Assembly (NCBI GenBank): GCA_964525455.1
Contig: CAZGHP010000001.1
Location: 74,739 to 138,738, forward strand
Reading direction: 5' to 3'
DNA length: 64,000 nucleotides
DNA from: an uncultured Candidatus Saccharibacteria bacterium
Lineage (GTDB): Bacteria; Patescibacteriota; SICC01
Shown: piece by piece, positions 53,809 to 62,448 of the stretch
Position numbering within the stretch: the stretch's first letter is position 1
How the letters are laid out: each line of letters starts with the position of its first letter
Made by a program: the position numbers and the translations under genes
The notes under the pieces: model-generated
What the model was told of the DNA's origin: nothing
The model's database searches: none
Seen by the model: only the letters and a program-made list of their open reading frames with translations

Positions 53809-54594
53809 ATGGCCGATTTGATCGACACCCACGCGCACCTCGACTTCGAACAGTTCGCCGGGGAAGAGGCGGCGGTACTGGAACGGGCGCGGGAGGCAGG
53901 GGTCACCCGGCTGGTTAACGTCGGCACCACGCTGGAGCGAAGCCGGCGTTCGGTGGAACTGGCCGGACGGTTCCCTGGCATCTGGGCGGCGGTCGGGATC
54001 CATCCGCACGAGGCGTTCGTCGTCACGCCCGAAGCCATAGCCGAGCTGCAAGGACTCGCCGGAAGTCCGCGTGTCGTGGCGGTCGGGGAGTGCGGCTTCG
54101 ACTTCCACTACGGCGATGGTCCGGACGAGGCCGCCCAGCGAGCGGCATTCGAAGCACAGGCCGGCGTGGCCGGAGCCGTCGGAAAGCCGCTGATCATCCA
54201 TTCCCGTGACGCGGAGCGGCTGACCGTCCGCGCACTCGCCGCAGCCCGGCGCGACCTGCCGGAACGTCCCGGCGTGGTACATTGCTTCACCGGATCACAG
54301 GAATTCGCGGATGAAGTACTGGCGCTGGGGTTCCTGATCTCATTCACCGCACCGATAACCTATCCGAAGAACGACGCGTTGCGTGCCGTCGCGAAGGCCG
54401 TACCGCTGGAGCGGATGATGGTGGAGACCGACGCGCCATTCCTGCCGCCGGCGGATCGCCGTGGCGAGCGGAACGAACCGGCTTTCGTGGTGGAGACGGC
54501 GCGAGACATCGCTGCCGTGAAGGGTGTTCCCTTCGAGGAGGTAGCGCGAGTAACTACCGCGAACGCCGAACGGCTGTTCGGACTCGACGGCTAG
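53809..54594 (+). CDS. tatD: TatD-family metal-dependent hydrolase/DNase
   Basis: LIDTHAHLDF, GECGFDFHY, HSRDAE, HCFTG. Confidence 0.85.
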   Translation: MADLIDTHAHLDFEQFAGEEAAVLERAREAGVTRLVNVGTTLERSRRSVELAGRFPGIWAAVGIHPHEAFVVTPEAIAELQGLAGSPRVVAVGECGFDFHYGDGPDEAAQRAAFEAQAGVAGAVGKPLIIHSRDAERLTVRALAAARRDLPERPGVVHCFTGSQEFADEVLALGFLISFTAPITYPKNDALRAVAKAVPLERMMVETDAPFLPPADRRGERNEPAFVVETARDIAAVKGVPFEEVARVTTANAERLFGLDG

Positions 54595-54659
54595 ACCGCA
54601 TTGACCCGTCCGGCACGCGTTGTCGCGCATCGCGACCGGCGGTACGATGGGGCCGGATC

Positions 54660-55868
54660 ATGCCAATACCGAAACGAAAACTGGCTTTGGGGGCGTTCCT
54701 CGCCGCGGTCGCGGCAGTAGCCGTCATCTGGCCGCAGGGCGCTTCCGCCGACCCGCTCGCCGACTTCGCTGAGAAGGAGAAGCGACTCAATGCGAAAGCG
54801 GCCCAGGTCGAGTCGCTCGAGGACAAGCTCACGCTGCTCGACGAGACGGTCGAGGCCAGGCTCGAAGCCTTGGCGGACATCCGGACCAAGATTACGGAAA
54901 TCCGCCGCGAACTGACCGAAGCCACCGACGCCCTGACGGCATTGTCCGATCGGCGTGACCATACGATGGGTTCGCTCGGCAAGGTCGTCCGGGTCGATTA
55001 CCTTGGCGGCTCACCGGGCGCGTGGGAGGTACTGGCCGGTCCGGGCAGCGCGTCGGGCTTGTTGACCGAACAGGCGGCGACCGGCTCACTCGGCGATTAC
55101 GCCCTGGCATTGGCTGACGATCTCGCAGAATCCGGCGAGAAGATCGAGCAGCAACGCCGGACCCTGCTTTCCCGCACGCGTCACCTGGAAGAGCTCGAGA
55201 CCGCGGCCGATCGCCACGTTCGCGAACTTAGTGCGGTCCGGGGAGTGAAGGCCGACCTGCTCCGGGCCACCCGTGGGGAAGAGGACCGTTTCCGCGGGCA
55301 GTATGAGACGGCTCGGGAAAAACTCGTCCAGCTCGGGATTTTCGGACGGTCCGGATGCAGCCGCGTCGGCGACGCGGTGCGGGATGACGTCCCCGGCTAC
55401 TTCAACCAGTGCGACAGCCGGTGGGCCGACGCGATGCTCGGTTTCAGCGACTCGACGATCGGCGACTTCGGCTGCGGGGTCGCTTCCGCAGCGATGGTGT
55501 TCGAGCGGCACGGGATCGACACGGATCCGATCCGCCTGAACGCGGCGCTCAAAGGGGTTGGTGCGTTCGATCGCGATTTGCTCTACTGGAGCAGCGTCCA
55601 TCGCGCTTCCGGAGGAGCGTTGGACCTCGTGAACAAGGATCCGAACGGCGGGGTGGACTGGAGCGTGATCGACCGGCAGATCTCCCGCGGCAACCCGGTG
55701 ATCGTCTGGGTCGACCGTCCGGGCCAGTACAACCACTACGTCGTACTCCTTGAGAAGAAGAACGGGCACTACATGATGCACGATTCGATCGAAGGTCCGA
55801 ACCGGCGGTTTGAGAATTACTACTCGACCGGCGCAGTGGTCCAATACATCGCGCTTGAGCCCGCCTAG
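54660..55868 (+). CDS. secreted coiled-coil protein with C-terminal peptidase C39-like (papain-fold cysteine peptidase) domain
   Basis: Signal peptide, coiled coil, then YFNQCDSRW...GDFGCGVASAAMVF ... YNHYVVLL consistent with C39_2-type Cys/His. Confidence 0.55.
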   Translation: MPIPKRKLALGAFLAAVAAVAVIWPQGASADPLADFAEKEKRLNAKAAQVESLEDKLTLLDETVEARLEALADIRTKITEIRRELTEATDALTALSDRRDHTMGSLGKVVRVDYLGGSPGAWEVLAGPGSASGLLTEQAATGSLGDYALALADDLAESGEKIEQQRRTLLSRTRHLEELETAADRHVRELSAVRGVKADLLRATRGEEDRFRGQYETAREKLVQLGIFGRSGCSRVGDAVRDDVPGYFNQCDSRWADAMLGFSDSTIGDFGCGVASAAMVFERHGIDTDPIRLNAALKGVGAFDRDLLYWSSVHRASGGALDLVNKDPNGGVDWSVIDRQISRGNPVIVWVDRPGQYNHYVVLLEKKNGHYMMHDSIEGPNRRFENYYSTGAVVQYIALEPA

Positions 55869-55906
55869 GGTGTCCGCCGGCGTAGCCGCCTGATACCATA
55901 CGGGTA

Positions 55907-56878
55907 ATGAGCGAGGTCGCCACCGAAATCTGCGGGGTGCGGTTCCCCTCGGCCGTGATGAACGCGGCCGGGGCGAAAGACGTGAGCGCCGACGACCTCG
56001 AGGCGCTTGGGCAAGCTGAAGCCGGGGCGATCGTCATCAAGACGACAACCGCTGCCTTCCGGGCGGGTAACGACTTGCCGCGCTGGCATGCGGACGCGCG
56101 GGGTAGTCTCAACTCGATGGGCCTGCCGAACCTCGGCATCGAGCGTTACCTCACGTTGATGCCAGTGCTGAAGCGGTGGAACAAGCCGCTGATCGCGTCG
56201 GTATCCGGGATCGGCGAAGGCGACAACGAAGAGATGATCGCGGCCTATGACAAGGCCGGCGTGGACATGATCGAGGTGAACCTGTCGTGTCCGAACCTTG
56301 CCGGTAAGGGCCAGCTCGGGTATGACTTCGCGGCTTCACGGAAGATGCTCGAAAGCTGCCGGGCCGTGACCAAGCTTCCGCTCGGCGTGAAGCTTCCGCC
56401 GTACTTCGACGGCAGCCAGTTTGAGGAAATGGCGCGGGTGCTGCGGGAGACGAACGTGGACTTCATCGTGACGATCAACTCGATCGGCAATGCGCTCGTG
56501 ATCGATCCGGAGAAGGAAGAGAAGGTGATCGCGCCGAACGGCGGGTTCGGCGGACTGGGGGGCGGCTACGTGAAGCCGACGGCGCTCGCCAACGTGCACA
56601 AGTTCCACCAATTGCTGGGGGGGGTCCCGATCATCGGGGTCGGCGGGGTGGCATCGGGGATGGACGCGTTCGAACATCTGTTGGCCGGGGCCAGTGCGGT
56701 CGGCGTGGGGACGGCACTGGTCAGCGAGGGCCCCGCCGTATTCACGCGCTTGAACCGGGAGCTGGCGGATGTGCTGAAAGGGCACGGTTACGCGGATCCG
56801 GCTGCAGCGCGCGGTAAGCTCAAGGACAAGGCCGGCGTGCCCGCCGACCAAGCACCCGCCGCATCCCGGACGCGGTAA
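55907..56878 (+). CDS. pyrD: dihydroorotate dehydrogenase (class 1)
   Basis: NAAG, SCPNLAGKG, GVGGVASGMDAFEHLLAGASAVGVGTAL. Confidence 0.8.
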   Translation: MSEVATEICGVRFPSAVMNAAGAKDVSADDLEALGQAEAGAIVIKTTTAAFRAGNDLPRWHADARGSLNSMGLPNLGIERYLTLMPVLKRWNKPLIASVSGIGEGDNEEMIAAYDKAGVDMIEVNLSCPNLAGKGQLGYDFAASRKMLESCRAVTKLPLGVKLPPYFDGSQFEEMARVLRETNVDFIVTINSIGNALVIDPEKEEKVIAPNGGFGGLGGGYVKPTALANVHKFHQLLGGVPIIGVGGVASGMDAFEHLLAGASAVGVGTALVSEGPAVFTRLNRELADVLKGHGYADPAAARGKLKDKAGVPADQAPAASRTR

Positions 56879-56887
56879 TATACAAAC

Positions 56888-57955
56888 GTGGATAAGCCCC
56901 AGAAAATCGTCGTCGGCATGAGCGGCGGAGTGGATTCCTCCGTGGCGGTGGCGTTGCTCAAGGAGCAGGGCCACGACGTGACCGGCGTCTACATGGAGAA
57001 CTGGACGGACGGCCGGTTCCAGAAAGGCTGCGCGCAATGGCCGAGGGACCGGCGCGACGCCGTACGGGTGGCGAAGGACCTCGGCATCCCGTTCAAGATC
57101 GTGAACTTCGAGGAGGGCTATAAGAAGTCCGTGCTGGACTACTTCTTCGCGGAGTACGCGGCCGGGCGGACGCCGAATCCGGACGTGCTCTGCAACCGCG
57201 AGATCAAGTTCGGGATGCTGCTGACCTGGGCCAAGGAGCATGGGTTCGAAGCCGTGGCGACCGGACACTATGCGCGGATCGAGCGTTGCGAGGACCACAC
57301 GCATCTCCGGAAGGGCCTGGATCCCGAGAAGGACCAGTCGTACTTCCTTTCCCAGCTTTCGCAAGAGCAATTGTGGCATGCGGAATTCCCGCTCGGTGAC
57401 TGGAAGAAACACGAAGTCCGGCGCAAGGCCGAGAAACTGGGTCTGCACGTGGCGGATAAACCCGACAGCCAAGGACTCTGTTTCGTCGGACAGATCGAGA
57501 TGAAGGAGTTCCTGGAGCAGAAGATCCCGGCCAAGCCGGGCGACGTGCGTACGCCGGACGGTGAGGTGGTCGGGCGGCACCAGGGCGCGGCGTTCTACAC
57601 CGTCGGTCAGCGGCGCGGCGTCGGAGTGGTGAAACAGGTCCCGATGTACGTATTACAGACCGACGTGGAGACGAACACGGTGACCGTCGGGTACGAACGC
57701 GACCTGTACAAGCAGAAGCTCGCGACGGAGCAGCCGCACTGGGTGATCGGCGAGGAGCCGGTCGAGCTCACGGCCGGCGAATGGCACTGCCAGGTGAGTA
57801 TCCGCTACCGGATGCAGCCGGAACCGGCGACGGTGCGTCGTTCGATGACGGGCCTGACTGTCGAGTTCGACGAGGAACAGCGCGGCCCCACGCCGGGCCA
57901 GTTCGCGGTGTTGTACGACGGTGATGAACTGATCGGCAGTGCCGTGATACGGTAG
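56888..57955 (+). CDS. mnmA: tRNA-specific 2-thiouridylase
   Basis: IVVGMSGGVDSSVAV PP-loop, 355 aa. Confidence 0.9.
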   Translation: MDKPQKIVVGMSGGVDSSVAVALLKEQGHDVTGVYMENWTDGRFQKGCAQWPRDRRDAVRVAKDLGIPFKIVNFEEGYKKSVLDYFFAEYAAGRTPNPDVLCNREIKFGMLLTWAKEHGFEAVATGHYARIERCEDHTHLRKGLDPEKDQSYFLSQLSQEQLWHAEFPLGDWKKHEVRRKAEKLGLHVADKPDSQGLCFVGQIEMKEFLEQKIPAKPGDVRTPDGEVVGRHQGAAFYTVGQRRGVGVVKQVPMYVLQTDVETNTVTVGYERDLYKQKLATEQPHWVIGEEPVELTAGEWHCQVSIRYRMQPEPATVRRSMTGLTVEFDEEQRGPTPGQFAVLYDGDELIGSAVIR

Positions 57956-57960
57956 GGGCG

Positions 57961-58284
57961 ATGGCGAAAAAGCACGAATGCAACTGCAAGGACTGTCCGC
58001 ATCAGCGGTCGGGCGGCGGCGGTTCGGGCTTCGCGCTCGGTGCGACGCTCGGTGCTGCCGCCGCCGCGTTTCTGGCGCCGGACAAGGGGGAGAAGACCCG
58101 CAGGCGAGCTAAGCAGAAGTTCGAACAGCTGACGCAGGGCCGGTCGGTGGACGACATCGTGGCGCAGGTCCGGAAAGCCGCGGACGGCGTGATCGCCGAC
58201 GTTAAGTCGGCCGCCGAAGAGGGCAAGCAGGAGGCCGCCAAGGAGCGGCGGCGGATCCTGAAGGACAGTCCCCGAAAGAAGTAA
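57961..58284 (+). CDS. YtxH-like small protein with N-terminal Cys motif
   Basis: GFALGATLGAAAAAFLAPDKGEKTRRR resembles YtxH/DUF948; N-terminal CNCKDCPH. Confidence 0.45.
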   Translation: MAKKHECNCKDCPHQRSGGGGSGFALGATLGAAAAAFLAPDKGEKTRRRAKQKFEQLTQGRSVDDIVAQVRKAADGVIADVKSAAEEGKQEAAKERRRILKDSPRKK

Positions 58285-58365
58285 CCAAACCGGTATGTGT
58301 CCCGGCCGGTCTTATTAAGAATCCATGGCTGATGCACATGGATCTCTGTTGACGTTGAGCCAAGC

Positions 58366-58779
58366 ATGAACCCAACTGACATACACAAGGCAGCCGGAAT
58401 CCTGATTCGCGGCCGCAGGCTACTAGTCGAGAGGTCGAAGGGAAAAAGTTTCTTTATTGCGCCGGGTGGAAAAATCAAGGCAGGCGAAACAGCTGTTGAA
58501 GCCCTGATTCGCGAACTCAAGGAAGAATTCGGCATTATCGTCAAAGCCGCGGACCTGGAGCAGTTCGGGACGTTCCATGCTGCCGCGGCAGGACAAGAGG
58601 ACCAGCAATTGCGAATGGATGTTTTCATCGTCGGGCAATGGCAGGGCGAACCTGCTGCAAACAGTGAAGTTGAGGAAATCAGGTGGATTTCCACCGCCCA
58701 AATCGAGGAGATTCCAGTCGGGTCGATATTTGCTCACGAGGTTCTGCCGCGACTCAAGCGGCAAGGCTTAGTAGACTGA
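58366..58779 (+). CDS. NUDIX hydrolase
   Basis: Nudix box GGKIKAGETAVEALIRELKEEFGI; lower GC than flanks. Confidence 0.75.
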   Translation: MNPTDIHKAAGILIRGRRLLVERSKGKSFFIAPGGKIKAGETAVEALIRELKEEFGIIVKAADLEQFGTFHAAAAGQEDQQLRMDVFIVGQWQGEPAANSEVEEIRWISTAQIEEIPVGSIFAHEVLPRLKRQGLVD

Positions 58780-58784
58780 TAACT

Positions 58785-60614
58785 ATGAAAGCCGCCGACA
58801 TCCGGAGCACGTTCCTGAAGTTCTTCGAGGAACGCGGCCATGCGATCGTCCCGAGCGCGCCGGTTGTCCCGCAGCATGACCCGACGGTGTTGTTCACGAC
58901 CGCCGGGATGCACCCGCTGGTGCCGTACCTGCTCGGCGAGCCGCATCCGGCCGGCAAGCGCCTGGCGAACACGCAGAAGTGCATTCGGACCAGCGACATC
59001 GACGAGGTCGGCGACGAATCGCACCTCACGTTCTTCGAGATGCTCGGCAACTGGTCCCTCGGCGACTACTTCAAGGAGGACGCGATCGCCTGGAGCTGGG
59101 AACTGCTGACGAAGGAATTTAAGCTCGATCCGGCGCGGATAGCGGTGAGCGTGTTCAAAGGGGACAAGGACGCGCCGAAGGACGAGGAAGCCGCGAAGCT
59201 CTGGAAGGCGCAGGGCGTCCCGGAGGATCGAATCTTCTACTACGACAAGGAGGACAACTGGTGGGGCCCGGCCGGCAAGACCGGTCCGTGCGGTCCGGAC
59301 ACGGAGATATTCTATTGGATCGGCGAAGGCAAGCCGGAGCTGAAGCCCGGTCCGGCCGAGGATGACCAGCGCTGGTTCGAGATCTGGAACAACGTCTTCA
59401 TGCAGCATGAGAAGACCAAGGACGGGACGTTCGAGCCGCTGGCACAGAAGAACGTGGACACCGGCATGGGTCTCGAACGGCTTGCGGTGATCCTGCAGAA
59501 GAAAAGAAACGTCTACGAAACCGATTTATTTTTTCCGATAATCGAAAAAATCAAAAAACTTTCCAACGTCGAAAAAAACGACAATGAAGACCTGGAGCGC
59601 GCCGAGCGGATCATTGCGGACCACCTGAAGGCTGCGACGTTCATGATCGCGGACGGCGTCCGTCCGTCGAACACGGACCAAGGTTATATTTTACGGCGGC
59701 TGATCCGGCGCACGATTCGGCAGGCGCGCTTGTTGAAGATAGAATATCCGTTCAGTGAAGCGGTCGCGAAGACGGTCGTTTCCGAGTTCAAGGACGCGTA
59801 TCCGGAACTGGACCGGGAAGCAAAGACGATTCGTGAGGAACTTCTAAAAGAGGAAGAAAAATTCCATAAGACTCTTACGGCCGGACTGAGAAAGTTTAGA
59901 AGAACCTTTTACGATTTAGATGATCCTGACTTTGACGTTGATAAACCAGTCATAACCCCTATCAAGCTCAATGGAAAAGAGCTTTTCGGACTTTATGAAA
60001 CCTATGGCTTTCCTTTCGAGTTAAGCATTGAAGAAATGAAGCGGGTTGGTGCAAAATTTTCAGAAAAAAAAATGTGGGAAGAATTTAAAACTGCTCGACA
60101 AGAGCACGAGAAACAATCCCGCTCCGGGGCTAAGCGGAAATTCGCGGGCGGACTGGCGGACCACTCCGAAAAGGTCGTCCGGCAGCACACGGCCACGCAC
60201 CTGCTGCTCGCCGCACTCCGCGACGTGCTCGGCGAGGACGTGAAGCAGCGGGGTAGCAACATCACCGCGGAGCGGCTTCGGTTCGACTTCTCGCATTCGG
60301 AAAAGCTCACTGAGGAGCAACTGAACCAAGCCGAGGCGTTGGTGAATGAGTGGATTCGCGAGGACTTGCCGGTCATCCGCAAGGAAATGTCGCGAGAGGA
60401 AGCCGAGCGGCTCGGCGCGCAGATGGAATTCGGGCACAAGTATCCGGACGTGGTCTCGGTCTACTTCGTCGGCGACCCGGAAAGCGCGCGGTCCATGGAA
60501 TTCTGCGGCGGTCCGCACGTGGAGCACACCGGCGAGATCGGCGAGTTCAAGATCAAGAAACAAGAGTCGGTCGGCGCCGGTGTACGGCGGATCAAGGCGG
60601 TCGTGAGCCCTTAA
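58785..60614 (+). CDS. alaS: alanyl-tRNA synthetase, short form lacking C-Ala domain
   Basis: MKAADIRSTFLKFFEERGH...; editing-domain HxxxH and CGGPHV motifs; stops after editing domain (609 aa); ATG 58785 in frame of ORF 58683..60614. Confidence 0.85.
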   Translation: MKAADIRSTFLKFFEERGHAIVPSAPVVPQHDPTVLFTTAGMHPLVPYLLGEPHPAGKRLANTQKCIRTSDIDEVGDESHLTFFEMLGNWSLGDYFKEDAIAWSWELLTKEFKLDPARIAVSVFKGDKDAPKDEEAAKLWKAQGVPEDRIFYYDKEDNWWGPAGKTGPCGPDTEIFYWIGEGKPELKPGPAEDDQRWFEIWNNVFMQHEKTKDGTFEPLAQKNVDTGMGLERLAVILQKKRNVYETDLFFPIIEKIKKLSNVEKNDNEDLERAERIIADHLKAATFMIADGVRPSNTDQGYILRRLIRRTIRQARLLKIEYPFSEAVAKTVVSEFKDAYPELDREAKTIREELLKEEEKFHKTLTAGLRKFRRTFYDLDDPDFDVDKPVITPIKLNGKELFGLYETYGFPFELSIEEMKRVGAKFSEKKMWEEFKTARQEHEKQSRSGAKRKFAGGLADHSEKVVRQHTATHLLLAALRDVLGEDVKQRGSNITAERLRFDFSHSEKLTEEQLNQAEALVNEWIREDLPVIRKEMSREEAERLGAQMEFGHKYPDVVSVYFVGDPESARSMEFCGGPHVEHTGEIGEFKIKKQESVGAGVRRIKAVVSP

Positions 60615-61048
60615 TCGTCGTGGAGGACAAACCGGCGGAACCGTCGCGTGGGAAACTGCTCCGCGGCTTTTTCATAAAGACGGCGCACCGCGAATGCTTT
60701 GGCCGCTTTGTCACGGTCGTCGTTGTGGCGGTGGACCAATCCCATCGACCGCTGGATTTCGGCGGCGCGGCCGTAGCTTTCGGTGTCGATTGCCAGTTGG
60801 CGTGCTTCTTCCAGCAGGTTAAGCGCTTCTTCAACCTGTCCGTCTTCTCCGGCGAACCGGCCCAGGGCAAATAACCCTTCAAGTCGGAATTCATCCGGTC
60901 GGCTATGCCAGGTTAATTCCAAAGCGATCTCCCTGGCCTGCTCGTGCTGGTGGTTATGCAATGCTATGCGCAATGCCTCAGTCCGCGAGTGCAGCTCCTG
61001 CTCGAGGGTTTCGGCCGAATGTTTGCCCGACTCGGGAAAATCGCCCAT
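60611..61048 (-). CDS. TPR-repeat protein
   Basis: Tandem helical repeats with TPR-like A/L/Y pattern. Confidence 0.5.
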   Translation of the reverse strand: MGDFPESGKHSAETLEQELHSRTEALRIALHNHQHEQAREIALELTWHSRPDEFRLEGLFALGRFAGEDGQVEEALNLLEEARQLAIDTESYGRAAEIQRSMGLVHRHNDDRDKAAKAFAVRRLYEKAAEQFPTRRFRRFVLHDD

Positions 61049-61172
61049 GACGAATCAGTATATATGTGGGCGCCGCGATGGTGCAATAAGCAGGCAGGTT
61101 GGCACCGCGCACTGACCGGAGCTCTCCCGCCCGCTACAATAGACAGGTGACAAATCGACACCACACTGCCTG

Positions 61173-62444
61173 ATGGGACTGCTCGACAAAGTCAGCTCCG
61201 TCTTCGCGGGTTCCAATCAGACCCCCTCGAATTACTTCATCGCGCTCGACATCGGTACCGAGTTCGTGAAGGCGCTGATCTGCGAGATTGCCGACGGTAA
61301 GGCGGTCGTGATCGGCTCCGGCCGACAACGGCAGCGCCTCGGCGACATGCAAGGTGGCGCGGTCACCGACATCGGCGGCGTGATCGAGAATTGCGAGAAG
61401 GCGTTGGAGCGCGCCCGGGAAATGGCCGGCGTGATGCCGGAGCAGGTCGTGATGGGCATCGCCGGCGAGCTCGTGAAAGGCGCCACCACTACCGTCCACT
61501 ACGAACGTGCCAAGCCGAACACCAAGATTGATCTCACCGAGCTCAAGAACATCGTGCACAAGGTGCAGTGGAAGGCCTTCGACCAGGTGCGCCAGCAACT
61601 CGCCTGGGAGACCGGCCATGCCGAGATCGACGTGAAGCTGGTGAACGCCGCGATCGTCGACGTACGGATCGACGGCTACCGCGTGACCAACCCCGTCGGA
61701 TTCCAAGGCAAGGACGTGACGATCGGCATCTTCAACGCGTTCGCGCCGCTCGTGCACCTGACCGCCCTACAGGCGATTCCCGAGGAGCTCGGCCTGGATC
61801 TCCTCTCGATCGCGGCGGAGCCGTACGCCGTCGCGCGCTGCCTCGGGATCGAGGACCAGACCGAGTTCTCCGCGGTCTTTATCGATATCGGCGGCGGCAC
61901 CACCGACGTAGCGGTGGTCCAGGGCGGCGGCGTGGTCGGTACCAAGATGTTCGCGCTCGGCGGCCGGACGTTCACCCGGCGGCTGGCGCAGTCGCTGAAC
62001 GCTCCGTTCGAGAAGGCCGAGGAAGTGAAGCTGGCCTACACCAGCAAGCTTCTCGATCAATCCTCGACCAAGCTGGTGAAGGAAGCGGTCGCGGCCGACG
62101 CGGATGTCTGGCTGTCCGGCGTGCAACTGACGCTCTCGGAATTCGGCAACCTCGACCTCCTGCCGGCCCGGATCCTGCTCTGCGGCGGCGGTTCGGAACT
62201 GCCGGAGATCTCGAAGGTGCTCGGCGGCGCCAAATGGTACAAGCAGCTGCCGTTCGCCAAGAAGCCGACGGTCGACTTCATCCGGCCGCAGGACATCCCG
62301 AACGTGAAGGACCAGACCCGGAGCCTCACGGGGCCGCAGGACGTGACCCCGATGGCGCTCGCCAACCTCGCTCTCGACCTCGCAGGTACCGAGGAGCTGC
62401 TACCATCGATATTGCGACGTGCCGTAAAAGCGATGACCACCTGA
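61173..62444 (+). CDS. ftsA: actin-like ATPase of FtsA/PilM family (probable cell division protein FtsA)
   Basis: IALDIGTEFVKALI phosphate-1, DIGGGTTD phosphate-2, LCGGGSELPEI adenosine motif. Confidence 0.65.
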   Translation: MGLLDKVSSVFAGSNQTPSNYFIALDIGTEFVKALICEIADGKAVVIGSGRQRQRLGDMQGGAVTDIGGVIENCEKALERAREMAGVMPEQVVMGIAGELVKGATTTVHYERAKPNTKIDLTELKNIVHKVQWKAFDQVRQQLAWETGHAEIDVKLVNAAIVDVRIDGYRVTNPVGFQGKDVTIGIFNAFAPLVHLTALQAIPEELGLDLLSIAAEPYAVARCLGIEDQTEFSAVFIDIGGGTTDVAVVQGGGVVGTKMFALGGRTFTRRLAQSLNAPFEKAEEVKLAYTSKLLDQSSTKLVKEAVAADADVWLSGVQLTLSEFGNLDLLPARILLCGGGSELPEISKVLGGAKWYKQLPFAKKPTVDFIRPQDIPNVKDQTRSLTGPQDVTPMALANLALDLAGTEELLPSILRRAVKAMTT

Positions 62445-62448
62445 ACAC

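Noticed and set aside
56336-57580. 414-aa minus-strand ORF
   Set aside because: Antisense to pyrD/mnmA
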